IMG/VR virus record: IMGVR_UViG_2541047915_000011 | DNA: 40,625 nt | Reading direction: 5' to 3' (one strand) | Origin: a virus | Lineage: Duplodnaviria; Heunggongvirae; Uroviricota; Caudoviricetes | Shown: positions 17,751-26,943 of the stretch, in pieces | Layout of the letters: each line of letters opens with the position of its first letter | How positions within the stretch are numbered: the first letter of the stretch is position 1 | Notes under the pieces: model-generated | Database searches by the model: none | Told to the model about the DNA's origin: nothing | Seen by the model: the letters and a program-made list of their open reading frames with translations, nothing else | Made by a program: the position numbers and the translations under genes

Positions 17751-18651
17751 CCGAGCCTCCGGTCACGACGCGGTATTCGGTGCAGAAAGACGCCTGCGTA
17801 CTGTTGAGCACGATGTCGGCCAGTGGTGCGGCCAGTTCGACACGCTGCACGCCTTCCACATGCAAAGCGGCATAAATGGCAGACAGACGGATGTCGCGCC
17901 CCAGCCGGTGCTGTGCCGTGATGTATGCTTCCAGTTTTTTCACGGCGGCCGCGCGGATGGGTTCACTTTCGGGACCAGGGTAAAGGTAAAGCGTGGCGTT
18001 TATCTGGTATTCAACAATGGCGGCAGACTGCACGGTCACGCGGTCGGCCACCGGTCTGACGTCCTCGCCATTCAGGGCGTTACGCACCACCGCCAGCAGG
18101 TCTTCGGATGCGACACCGTTATTCTCACGTGACAGCACAGAGATGGTGACGCAGGCCGGAGACGGACTGGTGACAGAGATATCCGCGACACGCCCGTCAG
18201 CACTGCGACCATGATACTGATAGGCACCCACCGACCCGGCGACGCTTAAACCTTCAAACGCCTGCTGAATACGCAGACGATAATCCGTGTCAGATTCCAT
18301 CACTGCCGGTGTCGGCGGGAGGGTCGAATCATCTGCCGGGGTGATAATCAGGCGCGTGGTGTTGTAATTGGCACCAATCACATCAAGGTCATTACCGGCG
18401 GCACAGGCCAGCATTACCGCCCGTGCGGCCTCATTCACACGCTGACGCCAGATAAGCTCACGATAAGCATTTTCCTCCAGCAGTTTGACGAGAGGCTCAG
18501 ATTCCAGCGTCAGGGTACGGGCGACCGCCTCCTGCTGGTCTTCCGGGTAAAGGGAAATCAGTGTCGCCTTGCGTTCGGCGAGAATGGTTTCAAAGTCCAG
18601 CTCCTCGACCACATCCGGTGCGGGTAGCTGGTTCAGGTCGATAATCGGCAT
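17743..18651 (-). CDS. J: Baseplate assembly protein gpJ
   Basis: 302 aa, P2 J size and position. Confidence 0.9.
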   Translation of the reverse strand: MPIIDLNQLPAPDVVEELDFETILAERKATLISLYPEDQQEAVARTLTLESEPLVKLLEENAYRELIWRQRVNEAARAVMLACAAGNDLDVIGANYNTTRLIITPADDSTLPPTPAVMESDTDYRLRIQQAFEGLSVAGSVGAYQYHGRSADGRVADISVTSPSPACVTISVLSRENNGVASEDLLAVVRNALNGEDVRPVADRVTVQSAAIVEYQINATLYLYPGPESEPIRAAAVKKLEAYITAQHRLGRDIRLSAIYAALHVEGVQRVELAAPLADIVLNSTQASFCTEYRVVTGGSDE

Positions 18652-18655
18652 GGTT

Positions 18656-19003
18656 TCAACTCACAGGGATGGTTAACGAAAGTGGCTGGCCGGTGTCGTT
18701 GTGCTGGCCGGTTAACGTGACCGTCATTCGCCCGTCAAAACTGCGCGCCGTGGTGACAGATGACAGCGTGACGCGGGGTTCCCATTTCAGCACCGCCATG
18801 TAACAGGCGACCTTAATCTGCAACTCAAGCGCCGGGGTCTGCGGCTGGTCAATCATTGACGCCAGCAACGAGCCGTAATCACGACGCATCACCCGTGAGC
18901 CGACCGGTGTGCGCAGGATATCGCCGATACTCTGGCTGATATGCTCAAGGTCAGTGACCGTCAGGCCATCACTGCGATTCATTCCGAGATAACGCGCTGT
19001 CAT
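18656..19003 (-). CDS. W: Baseplate protein gpW
   Basis: 115 aa, P2 W size and position. Confidence 0.85.
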   Translation of the reverse strand: MTARYLGMNRSDGLTVTDLEHISQSIGDILRTPVGSRVMRRDYGSLLASMIDQPQTPALELQIKVACYMAVLKWEPRVTLSSVTTARSFDGRMTVTLTGQHNDTGQPLSLTIPVS

Positions 19004-19635
19004 AGAGGGCTCCCGGTTGTGCCGCCGCTGTCGCCGGGGTGTTTATGGGTATGCAGTACCTTACCGTTTGATGAGAGTTCACCGCCGGTGTGTTCAATGT
19101 TGCCGCGCATCGTCCCGCCCTTCTGCACTTCCAGCGTGCCGGTAATCAGCCTGTTGGTGCAAACCACCTCCGGTGTGTCCAGGGTGACGCGGGTTGATGC
19201 TTTCACCATGACCACCGGCACCGTGGCAGTAACAGAATCAGAAGCCGTCACGCTGGCCGTTTTAATTCCGCTTACCGTGAGTGCACTGGTTTCGGGTTCA
19301 TACTCAATCACCGCCCCGTCAGGGAAACGGATATGCAGGGCATCCGCCGACGCAGACGGCGCGGGGTTATCGCCGGAATAAATCCCCGGCAGAACGAACG
19401 CCGTGTCGAGTTCACCGCCCACAGCCAGAATCAGCACCTGTTCCCCCACGGAAGGTGCCCACCATGTGCGCGAACGTCCGGCACGATGGGTCAGCCACTG
19501 AAGCCAGTCAGTGCACATGCCACCGGTCTGCACACGGCAGCGACCGGCTTTAAGGTTGGTTTCGACGACAAGGCCGGTACGAATCATGTTGCGCAGTGCG
19601 CGCGCGAGTTCCTGAATATTTGCGAGAGTGTTCAT
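19000..19635 (-). CDS. V: Baseplate spike protein gpV (211 aa)
   Basis: MNTLANIQELARALRNMIRTGLVV... matches P2 V from the internal ATG at 19633-19635. The ORF-track start at 19653 is a TTG extension. Confidence 0.85.
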   Translation of the reverse strand: MNTLANIQELARALRNMIRTGLVVETNLKAGRCRVQTGGMCTDWLQWLTHRAGRSRTWWAPSVGEQVLILAVGGELDTAFVLPGIYSGDNPAPSASADALHIRFPDGAVIEYEPETSALTVSGIKTASVTASDSVTATVPVVMVKASTRVTLDTPEVVCTNRLITGTLEVQKGGTMRGNIEHTGGELSSNGKVLHTHKHPGDSGGTTGSPL

Positions 19636-19718
19636 GCGTGTGAGATTGCACAATATATAAAAGTTATGCTATCTGGATTCATTTGTAGAACGACCATACA
19701 ACATTCGAGGAGAGCGTA

Positions 19719-20504
19719 ATGTTCAGTGATAATGTGACTAATGCGTGGTGGTTTATCTCTTTGTATCTATTTTTATTAATAGCATTAACATTTATTACCT
19801 TTGGTAAAAGTAATCTTATGAGGTTTATTGCACATCATTTCAATTTTGAGTATTCAGACAGAAAGTTAAAAATGCTCGACAAAAAATGGCGCGACATTCA
19901 ACTATTTAAAATAATTAACGGAATCAATGTATCAGGCATCGAAGATGTGAGAATGATACAGCAGGGGCTGATTGATGGAAAACTAAAAACATCGTATTTT
20001 TTTCTTACTCGCTTCTGGGGTGACATAACAAAACCACCACACATAATTAAAACAATAATTGTAATTCTGTCCAGCATTATTTATATTCTCTTCGCATGTT
20101 ATATACACAACAAACAATCCGCTATAGTAAGAGATGCCATAGGCATACCATATAAAAATATGATGTACTATGTTTATAGTGACAAAGTTCTTTTATCCTT
20201 CAACAATAAAACAGTTGAATTCAATAAAACTTATAGCCATGCCGATTGCAAGAGGCTACGAAACGTATTTATAAAAGACACACTTCCTGAGATCGCCTGC
20301 AATAAGCTCTTACAGCTAAACGAGGAGGACTCGGAATGGTTAAGTCAGGAGATTAAAGATAATAACAGCCAAAAAAAAGCATTATTAATAATATCCCTCA
20401 TCTATTTCATTTCAGGTCTGGTTATATTCCTGTCATATACAAAATTCCTTTACGCCAATAAGAAGGTTGTAGAATACAAAGCATCAAATAAAAATCACTC
20501 ATAA
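19719..20504 (+). CDS. orf30-locus polytopic membrane protein, 261 aa, function unknown
   Basis: AT-rich ORF on the opposite strand between V and S, the slot of P2 orf30. GAGGAG Shine-Dalgarno at about 19707-19712. At least three hydrophobic TM-like segments (N-terminal, central, C-terminal). Confidence 0.7.
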   Translation: MFSDNVTNAWWFISLYLFLLIALTFITFGKSNLMRFIAHHFNFEYSDRKLKMLDKKWRDIQLFKIINGINVSGIEDVRMIQQGLIDGKLKTSYFFLTRFWGDITKPPHIIKTIIVILSSIIYILFACYIHNKQSAIVRDAIGIPYKNMMYYVYSDKVLLSFNNKTVEFNKTYSHADCKRLRNVFIKDTLPEIACNKLLQLNEEDSEWLSQEIKDNNSQKKALLIISLIYFISGLVIFLSYTKFLYANKKVVEYKASNKNHS

Positions 20505-20575
20505 ACCTCTAAACATTGAGCGACCAGCATGGCCGCTCAATGTTTAATTGCGCATCAGCCTCTGCCTGGATAAAA

Positions 20576-21028
20576 CTAACGCTCAAGGTGAGCCAGGATA
20601 ATCTCTTCAATCATCTGCACATCCTCACCGGTAAAGCCGAGCAGAGGACGCGCCGGATAATCAATTTTCTTACCGTCTTTCCGGGTTTCTTCCGACAGAC
20701 CGAACTGATGCACACTGGCGATTTTCGGCGACTTCCCGCCGTAAAATTCCATTGATGCCTGTTCCGGGCTGGCGCGGATATGCAAAAAACGACTGGTGAT
20801 AAGTTTCGCAAACATTTTTCGCTTAACACGACCGGTCTTTTTTCTGGCGCTCTGCTGCTGGCGTGGCGCGTAGGGTGTGCCGTCCGGGGCTTTCTGTGCC
20901 ATCACCCGACGCTGCTGACTCTGCCGCAGACGCTTCGCCAGCTCTGCACTCAGCCGCCGACGCCCTGACGGTGACAGCGATTCAATAAGTCCCGCCAGCC
21001 GGTCTTCAAAACGCTTAAACTCATTCAT
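20576..21028 (-). CDS. S: Tail completion protein gpS
   Basis: 150 aa, P2 S size and position. Confidence 0.85.
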   Translation of the reverse strand: MNEFKRFEDRLAGLIESLSPSGRRRLSAELAKRLRQSQQRRVMAQKAPDGTPYAPRQQQSARKKTGRVKRKMFAKLITSRFLHIRASPEQASMEFYGGKSPKIASVHQFGLSEETRKDGKKIDYPARPLLGFTGEDVQMIEEIILAHLER

Positions 21029-21488
21029 CCCACTTGCTCACCAGTTCGCCATTGATATAAAGCTCCATCGGGCGGGTGGCCGGCTCCGGCGGCGTGGGTT
21101 CCGGGATATTCTTCACATGCAGCGCGCCGTCCACCTCACTGACCAGCGTGCGCTCGGTCAGCATCAGGCTGATACTGATATCAAAGCTGCTGTCATTGTT
21201 GATGTCTGCATAAAACGTGAAGCCCTTTTTCTGGCCTGCGTCGGTGGTCATGATGTCGGGCTGATTTTCCCGCAGCCACGCCAGCACCGGCACGATGAGC
21301 AGGTCAAAATCACCGGTAAAGTCGGTCACAATGACATTGAGCGTGTAACGCTTTTCGAATGACAACGACGCCGCCAGTGTGGAGGCAATACTCCCGTTAT
21401 CCACGAATATCCGCAGCATATCGGGGTTAGTTTTCAGCACCGTGACGGCATCAGTCAGCGCCCTGCGCAGGCTGTCGGGTTTGAGCAT
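21021..21488 (-). CDS. R: Tail completion protein gpR
   Basis: 155 aa, P2 R size and position. Confidence 0.85.
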   Translation of the reverse strand: MLKPDSLRRALTDAVTVLKTNPDMLRIFVDNGSIASTLAASLSFEKRYTLNVIVTDFTGDFDLLIVPVLAWLRENQPDIMTTDAGQKKGFTFYADINNDSSFDISISLMLTERTLVSEVDGALHVKNIPEPTPPEPATRPMELYINGELVSKWDE

Positions 21489-21741
21489 CGTTTTCGTCCT
21501 GACAGTGTTTAATCATTTTTACCTGGCTGGCACAGCGTGCCAGCGCGTTCTCAAGCTGCCGGATATCGGCACTTAAATCACCGTTCGTCTGCGGGTCACT
21601 GCCCGGCATCGGGCAAAGGCTCACTTTCGGGCAGGCGTTGTGGACAATCACTGGCGTCGGTGCAGGCCGGGCGCTGGTGCAACCGGCGCACAGCATCAGG
21701 CAGGTCAGCACCGTACCAGCGGCGAAAATCTTCGTTTTCAT
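21451..21741 (-). CDS. lysC: LysC, Rz1-like outer-membrane spanin (lipoprotein-like), overlapping lysB and R
   Basis: 96-aa ORF in an alternative frame across the lysB 3' end. N-terminal signal-like segment with Cys cluster (LMLCAGC), Pro-rich middle. Confidence 0.65.
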   Translation of the reverse strand: MKTKIFAAGTVLTCLMLCAGCTSARPAPTPVIVHNACPKVSLCPMPGSDPQTNGDLSADIRQLENALARCASQVKMIKHCQDENDAQTRQPAQGAD

Positions 21742-22021
21742 TCAGTAACCTCGTGATGGTTTTCTCGCGCTGTGCTTCACGTTTCGCGGCGTTCTCCAGT
21801 TCCTGACGCAGTGCCACCTGCGCCAGCTCGTTTTTGTCTGCCCTGGTGAGTGCAACATGAAGCTGATTTTTCAGCATGGTGATGGTCGTCTGCTGCCCAC
21901 TGGCGACATTGTTCGCCCTGTCCAGCGAGGCGCGCAGGCTGGCATTTTTGTGTTTCACCAGAAACAGCCCCGCCAACGCCAGCGATAACAACACGACCAG
22001 CACAGTCATCAGCCTTGACAT
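21596..22021 (-). CDS. lysB: LysB, Rz-like inner-membrane spanin
   Basis: 141 aa, N-terminal TM segment then coiled-coil-like charged region. P2 LysB size and position. Confidence 0.75.
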   Translation of the reverse strand: MSRLMTVLVVLLSLALAGLFLVKHKNASLRASLDRANNVASGQQTTITMLKNQLHVALTRADKNELAQVALRQELENAAKREAQREKTITRLLNENEDFRRWYGADLPDAVRRLHQRPACTDASDCPQRLPESEPLPDAGQ

Positions 22022-22434
22022 GGTTTCCGCCCCTCAAGACGCTGGCGGCAGGCCGTATGCATCAACCGGAAAAATAGCGACGCCACAAGATAAATCAGCG
22101 CGGTAAAAATCCACCCGGCGGCGACCAGCGAGATAAACGTCGCCACCATCACCACCAGACCCACCGCCCGTCTGCACCACGTCACCGGCTGCAAAAACAG
22201 CGACGTGACAATCTTCACGGCCAGCGATTCCGGCGGCAGCTCCCGCCCGTAGCGTTCAAGTACATACTCAGTGGCATACACGCCGACACCACCGGCAACC
22301 ACACAGATAACCGTCGCCAGAATCGCCCAGGCAGCGACAAAACTGACGGCCACGCTCTGCGGGTAAATCAGGGACAGTGCCAGCATCAGCGCCAGCAACA
22401 CGTTCAGCATCAGTGAAAGGGATAATTTCTTCAT
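22009..22434 (-). CDS. lysA: LysA, membrane protein of the lysis cassette (lysis timing)
   Basis: 141 aa with multiple hydrophobic segments, between K and lysB as in P2. Confidence 0.75.
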   Translation of the reverse strand: MKKLSLSLMLNVLLALMLALSLIYPQSVAVSFVAAWAILATVICVVAGGVGVYATEYVLERYGRELPPESLAVKIVTSLFLQPVTWCRRAVGLVVMVATFISLVAAGWIFTALIYLVASLFFRLMHTACRQRLEGRKPCQG

Positions 22435-22448
22435 GGTGTTTACTCCGT

Positions 22449-22946
22449 TTAAGCCGGTACGCCGCCAGCGGTACGCCAGACGGTGACCAGTTTTTCCAGT
22501 GAATGCTCACGCTGACCGTAACCGGCACCCGGCAGGGACGCCCAGATATTGCGACAGCGTGAAATGGCGCGCTCAATGCGTCCCGCCCGGATGTCATCCA
22601 GTGCACCGCGTTCGCGGATCAACTGAATGGCAAGTCTGTCCTGTGACAACGGACTGAAATCCGGCAGGGCAAGCTGTTTGCGGTAGTGCGGCCAGAACAG
22701 GTAAAGCTGCTGATAGCGACCGGAGGCCGTGGATTTTTCACCGCGACGGTTAAACACCTTCGCCGGTCGGCCATGCGCGAACGGGTGGTCACTGTAGTCG
22801 GTGAAAATTTCCGGCTTCCCGTCCAGTCCGGTGACTATCACGTCATAGCCCCGGTTTTTCGTCAGCGGATGATTCGCCGTCCCTTCGGACACGGCCAGCA
22901 TGTCGAGAAAGGCGGCGATATTCTGGTGCGTGTTAATTACCGGCAT
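22449..22946 (-). CDS. K: Endolysin gpK
   Basis: 165 aa, P2 K size and position, directly downstream of the holin. Confidence 0.85.
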   Translation of the reverse strand: MPVINTHQNIAAFLDMLAVSEGTANHPLTKNRGYDVIVTGLDGKPEIFTDYSDHPFAHGRPAKVFNRRGEKSTASGRYQQLYLFWPHYRKQLALPDFSPLSQDRLAIQLIRERGALDDIRAGRIERAISRCRNIWASLPGAGYGQREHSLEKLVTVWRTAGGVPA

Positions 22947-23227
22947 TACGGTTTCCCCCTGCCCTTAAAGCGGCGCTGAATGGCAATCTCAATCACCTGA
23001 TAACCGGCGATACCCAGCATGGAGCCGATGCCGCACACCGCAGGCAGTGACAGGTCAGGAAACTGCACCAGAACAACACCGGCAACCATCGAGACAAAAC
23101 CACCGAGCAACATGCGCCCGATAAACAGACGCGGGGTGATGGGTTCACCACCGGCAAGCACCTTGCCGACAACAATCAGCACCCCAATCATGAAAAGCGA
23201 CAGGACGCTTTTTTCTTCTGCTGTCAT
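22946..23227 (-). CDS. Y: Holin gpY
   Basis: 93 aa, hydrophobic with charged C-terminus, P2 Y size and position. Confidence 0.8.
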   Translation of the reverse strand: MTAEEKSVLSLFMIGVLIVVGKVLAGGEPITPRLFIGRMLLGGFVSMVAGVVLVQFPDLSLPAVCGIGSMLGIAGYQVIEIAIQRRFKGRGKP

Positions 23228-23230
23228 GCG

Positions 23231-23434
23231 TTACTCCCACAGATTGACAGTTTCAGCCACGGGCGCGGTCTGAACGTCGGGCAGTTCGACGGCGGTGCCG
23301 TGTGGCAGCACCGCACCCAGTTCAGACAGTCCCGGATTTGCGGCGAGCACGGTCTCAACCACGCCCTCAGTGCGCCCGTAATACCGGACACAAATGGCGT
23401 CGAGCGTGTCGCCCTGTAGCGCAAAGGTCTTCAT
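23231..23434 (-). CDS. X: Tail protein gpX (67 aa)
   Basis: MKTFALQGDTLDAICVRYYG... Start placed at the internal Met, by arithmetic from the ORF-track end, to give the 67-aa P2 X size. Confidence 0.8.
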   Translation of the reverse strand: MKTFALQGDTLDAICVRYYGRTEGVVETVLAANPGLSELGAVLPHGTAVELPDVQTAPVAETVNLWE

Positions 23435-23943
23435 CAGATTTGACTCACGATGCAGCGCGGCTTGTCCTGGATACGCGCCACCGCCCAGCGCATATCCCGC
23501 CACAGCTCATCAATGGTGCTGTCTATGCTGTCGGCCTTTTTGTCGCCTTTCGCACTGGCATCCACGCCGCGATAACGCTCATAAAGCGACGCGGTCGCCA
23601 TCGCACACACGGCGCGCTCGTAGTAAAAAACCTTGATGCTTTCACCGTCGATGTCGTCCGCCGGGACGTCCGCCAGACGCGTAAAACCGGCGGCAATTTT
23701 CTGTTCGCGGTACTCGTACAGCTCCGCATTCGTCTCCGCCATGCCTGACTTGATGGCCTCTCGCAGACGGGCGGGGGCGACGGTCTGCTCAAGGCGCATA
23801 CGTTCCCGGACGCGCTTCGGGTCGATATCGGGAAAAAAGAACGTGTTTTTAATCACCGGCTCGTCGCCTGCCGGTTGCGGGATGACCACCGTACCCTCAC
23901 CGGACACGGGAGCCTCCTTTCGCGGAATAATCAGCGTCATCAT
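23434..23943 (-). CDS. L: Head completion protein gpL (169 aa)
   Basis: MMTLIIPRKEAPVSGEGTVV... Start at the ATG at 23941-23943. The ORF-track upstream extension begins at GTG and is probably not translated. Confidence 0.85.
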   Translation of the reverse strand: MMTLIIPRKEAPVSGEGTVVIPQPAGDEPVIKNTFFFPDIDPKRVRERMRLEQTVAPARLREAIKSGMAETNAELYEYREQKIAAGFTRLADVPADDIDGESIKVFYYERAVCAMATASLYERYRGVDASAKGDKKADSIDSTIDELWRDMRWAVARIQDKPRCIVSQI

Positions 23944-24042
23944 GACTACCTCTGAAAAGTCGGGCGGTGGACGCCGGTGCAGTGTCAGGTGATTCACCCT
24001 CACTGACCGGCGTGCCGCCCTGGCGCGGGGCACATTCGGTTG

Positions 24043-24780
24043 TTAACTGGCTTTCTTTTTCGGGCGTCCACGTTTTGCCGGTGTCGCACTCCGGGTCTTA
24101 CGCGGGGCGCGGGTGACCGCTTTTGGCTCCGGCTTCGGTTTCAGCTCCCGCTCCAGTCGTTCAATCTCTTTTTTGACGCCTGCCTGACAGTCGAGCTGTG
24201 TCGCACGTTGCAGGTGTGCCAGCGCACCTGCGGCATCACCACCGTCACGCAGAAACAGACCGGTGATTTTGTGCAGCTTTGCGCGCACTTCATCAGGCAT
24301 GTCAGCCGTGGCGGTCAGTTCAAGGGTGTCCGTCAGCAGGCGGGGATCCACAGACTCACCGGCAGCGTGAGCGCGCATGGCCGCAAGCGCCACCTCCTCG
24401 GTGAACATGTACGGCGGGGTGCGGCGGTGTTTACCCGGCATGGTCAGACCGTACTTCAGGGCATAACGGGCAATCTCCAGCGCACCGGCAATATCGCCGG
24501 TATCCAGACGCCACAGCATGACCGTCATCAGAATGTCATCCTGTGCACCTTTGCCCTGCTCCAGCACGCCGTTCACCCACGGCAACCAGAACGGCAGCAG
24601 TTCGCGTTTTTTCGCGGCCTTCAGCTCTTTTGAATAAATTGCTTTCAGTGTGCGCTGGTCTGCGGCGAGCTTAACCAGCATCTGCTCATAGACAGTTGCA
24701 TGTCGCAGCGGGGCGGCTTCCCGCTGCGCGGTCATCGCTGCCGAGACCCGCATCATGTGGCGCTGTGCGGGACTCGTCAT
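24043..24780 (-). CDS. M: Terminase endonuclease (small) subunit gpM
   Basis: 245 aa, P2 M position, basic C-terminal tail. Confidence 0.85.
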   Translation of the reverse strand: MTSPAQRHMMRVSAAMTAQREAAPLRHATVYEQMLVKLAADQRTLKAIYSKELKAAKKRELLPFWLPWVNGVLEQGKGAQDDILMTVMLWRLDTGDIAGALEIARYALKYGLTMPGKHRRTPPYMFTEEVALAAMRAHAAGESVDPRLLTDTLELTATADMPDEVRAKLHKITGLFLRDGGDAAGALAHLQRATQLDCQAGVKKEIERLERELKPKPEPKAVTRAPRKTRSATPAKRGRPKKKAS

Positions 24781-24783
24781 CGG

Positions 24784-25857
24784 TTACGCTCCCGGCTCTG
24801 CGGTCGCCTTAGCCGGTGTGGAGAAATCACCGACCTTAATTTTTTCCACCAGACAACCGGCGGCGTAGTCTTCCACCACGTAATCAATGTTCATTGACTC
24901 GTAGTTCTCCACGCGGTCGAGTTTCGGGTTTTCCTCAATCACGCGGCGATGGCTGTCATCCATGTAGTAGATGGACAGGTTTTCCAGCTTCGTGATGAGC
25001 ATCGCATCCGCCGGGAAGTACGGGACGCGTACCGCCGGCAGGTTACCGATGCGTTTCTGACTGATGATGACGTCAGCGGCCAGCATTTCGCTGTTGTCCT
25101 GCTCCTTGTTGACGATGGGAAAATACTTGTCCGCCAGTAGCTGACGTCCCACAATCACCACAAGGTCAGGGTCTTCCTGATACCACGGCTCAATCAGGTT
25201 GTTGGTCGCATCCATCACCAGTGCGTCAAGGCTGGCATAATCACCGCCCTTGCCCACGCGGATGACCTCAGAGGTGGTGTGCCCTTCCTCGTCAGTGACC
25301 TTGCTCATCACGCGCGCCGGAGCTTCATTGCGGTATTTCTGCAGCCAGCCGACCGCCACATCCTGCAGCATCGGATTACTGCTGCGGTCAGAGGTTTCGG
25401 CACGCTTCACGCCGTTAAAACCGGCCATGATGAAATCAAGGGACTGGCGTTTGATAATGGCGTTACGGATACGGAGCTGGAAATCCTGATAACGCGCCCA
25501 CAGGTCCAGCGTTTTGTAGCGGATATAAAAATCGAAGTTAATCTGGTCGCATTCGTACTTGTTGGACGCCAGCTTCGAGAAGTCCTTCGGCTGACGCTCG
25601 GTGCCACCGGCGGTGTCGGTGGTGCTGGCGATGGAGCCGGTGACGCCGATGCCAATTTTTTCCCCTTTCATTTCGCTGACCGGCACAATGTTGATGCGGG
25701 TCAGAAAGTCAGAGGACTCCTGCATGGTGTTCATCAGGGTCTGGGTGACCGACGGTTCAACGGTGAATTTTTTCGACACATCACCGGCGTCGATGCCGTT
25801 CAGTTCGGCAACACGGGACAGGTAAGCATTAAATTTAAAGCGGGTTTCCTGGCGCAT
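24784..25857 (-). CDS. N: Major capsid protein gpN
   Basis: 357 aa, P2 N size and position. Confidence 0.9.
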   Translation of the reverse strand: MRQETRFKFNAYLSRVAELNGIDAGDVSKKFTVEPSVTQTLMNTMQESSDFLTRINIVPVSEMKGEKIGIGVTGSIASTTDTAGGTERQPKDFSKLASNKYECDQINFDFYIRYKTLDLWARYQDFQLRIRNAIIKRQSLDFIMAGFNGVKRAETSDRSSNPMLQDVAVGWLQKYRNEAPARVMSKVTDEEGHTTSEVIRVGKGGDYASLDALVMDATNNLIEPWYQEDPDLVVIVGRQLLADKYFPIVNKEQDNSEMLAADVIISQKRIGNLPAVRVPYFPADAMLITKLENLSIYYMDDSHRRVIEENPKLDRVENYESMNIDYVVEDYAAGCLVEKIKVGDFSTPAKATAEPGA

Positions 25858-25915
25858 AGTTTTTCCTGAAATTAAGGGTTAATCGTGAAGGTTTTCCCGG
25901 ACTGACTGATGCCGG

Positions 25916-26770
25916 TCAGCAGTTCGTCATCAGGGCGTCACCGCCACCACCGGTGGCCTTGCTGCGGCGCTGCTGGGTCAGACTTTCGGTGTGGTCGAGA
26001 CTGTTTTTCAGGCGGGTGAATGCCTGGCTGGTTTCATCCGCCCTGTCAGCTACATCCTGCTTAAGTGCGGAAAAGGCGGTTTCCATCTCAGCGAGGCGCT
26101 GCTCAGTGGCACTCAGTTTTTCCTGCACATGTTCAGCAACAGCGGTCACCGCTTCATGCACGTCATTCAGACGGGCGTCATCGCTGGCCTGTTTGCGGCC
26201 AAAAATGGATTTCACCTTTTCGGTCAGGGCGGTGAACACGGTTTCAGGCAGGTCTTCAAATTCCAGCTCAACAGGCGTTGCCACTGAAATCAGGTTTTCA
26301 GGGCTTAATTTGAAGCGGTTCAGGGGGTTATGTTTTGCCGTGCGGCAGAATTCCAGGTATTCCGTGCCGAGGCTTGCCGGGTCATCGGTGACGGCCAGCC
26401 CCACCAGATAACATTTGCCGGTGTTGGCAAAGTTCGGCTGAATTTCCATTGAGGTGTAGACCTTCTGCGCAGCCTTGTTCATCGCGATAAGGTCATCGGT
26501 CGGGGTGATTTTCGCAAACAGCGCCCATTTGCCTTTCAGCGCCGAATCATCGTCAATCTTTTCGGCCTTCAGTTCGGCCACATCGCCATAACGCTTAAAA
26601 ATACCGTCAGGCAGGATGCCGCGCAGATGTTCCAGGTTAATGCGGCAACCATAGACTCGCGGGTCAAAGGTTTCGGCCATTTCCTGAATATCCTGCGCAC
26701 TGATGACACGCCCGTCACAGGTGTCACCCTCAACTCCGATACGAAAGAATTTTGAGACTTTTTTTGCCAT
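25916..26770 (-). CDS. O: Capsid scaffolding protein gpO (284 aa)
   Basis: MAKKVSKFFRIGVEGDTCDG... from the ATG at 26768-26770. The ORF-track N-terminal extension is discounted. Confidence 0.85.
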   Translation of the reverse strand: MAKKVSKFFRIGVEGDTCDGRVISAQDIQEMAETFDPRVYGCRINLEHLRGILPDGIFKRYGDVAELKAEKIDDDSALKGKWALFAKITPTDDLIAMNKAAQKVYTSMEIQPNFANTGKCYLVGLAVTDDPASLGTEYLEFCRTAKHNPLNRFKLSPENLISVATPVELEFEDLPETVFTALTEKVKSIFGRKQASDDARLNDVHEAVTAVAEHVQEKLSATEQRLAEMETAFSALKQDVADRADETSQAFTRLKNSLDHTESLTQQRRSKATGGGGDALMTNC

Positions 26771-26943
26771 TGTCAGGAGTCCTGAATAGTGATTAGAGGA
26801 GTCACATGTCGGCATCAGTTTCCCGACGATGCGCATCCTCCGCCATCAGTCCCGGATGGCTTATCACTGACACAACAGCACCTTAGCGAATCGCGGGGCG
26901 CGACTCAGTAGCCTTGCCGTGTATTCATCACGGCGAGGTATTC
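26771..26943. promoter_or_regulatory. Divergent late-promoter region between O and P (expected Ogr-dependent PO/PP)
   Basis: Intergenic region between divergently transcribed O and P. Contains dyads (GTCGG-N10-CCGAC, CCGTG-N7-CACGG) but no perfect TGT-N12-ACA. Call rests on known P2 organisation. Confidence 0.4.

Noticed and set aside
19636-19718. Searched the V-orf30 and O-P intergenic regions for the Ogr-dependent late-promoter dyad TGT-N12-ACA.
   Set aside because: Only imperfect versions were found (for example TGT-N11-ACA near 19686-19702). Without a position weight matrix I cannot place late promoters precisely, so only the O-P intergenic region is annotated, at low confidence.
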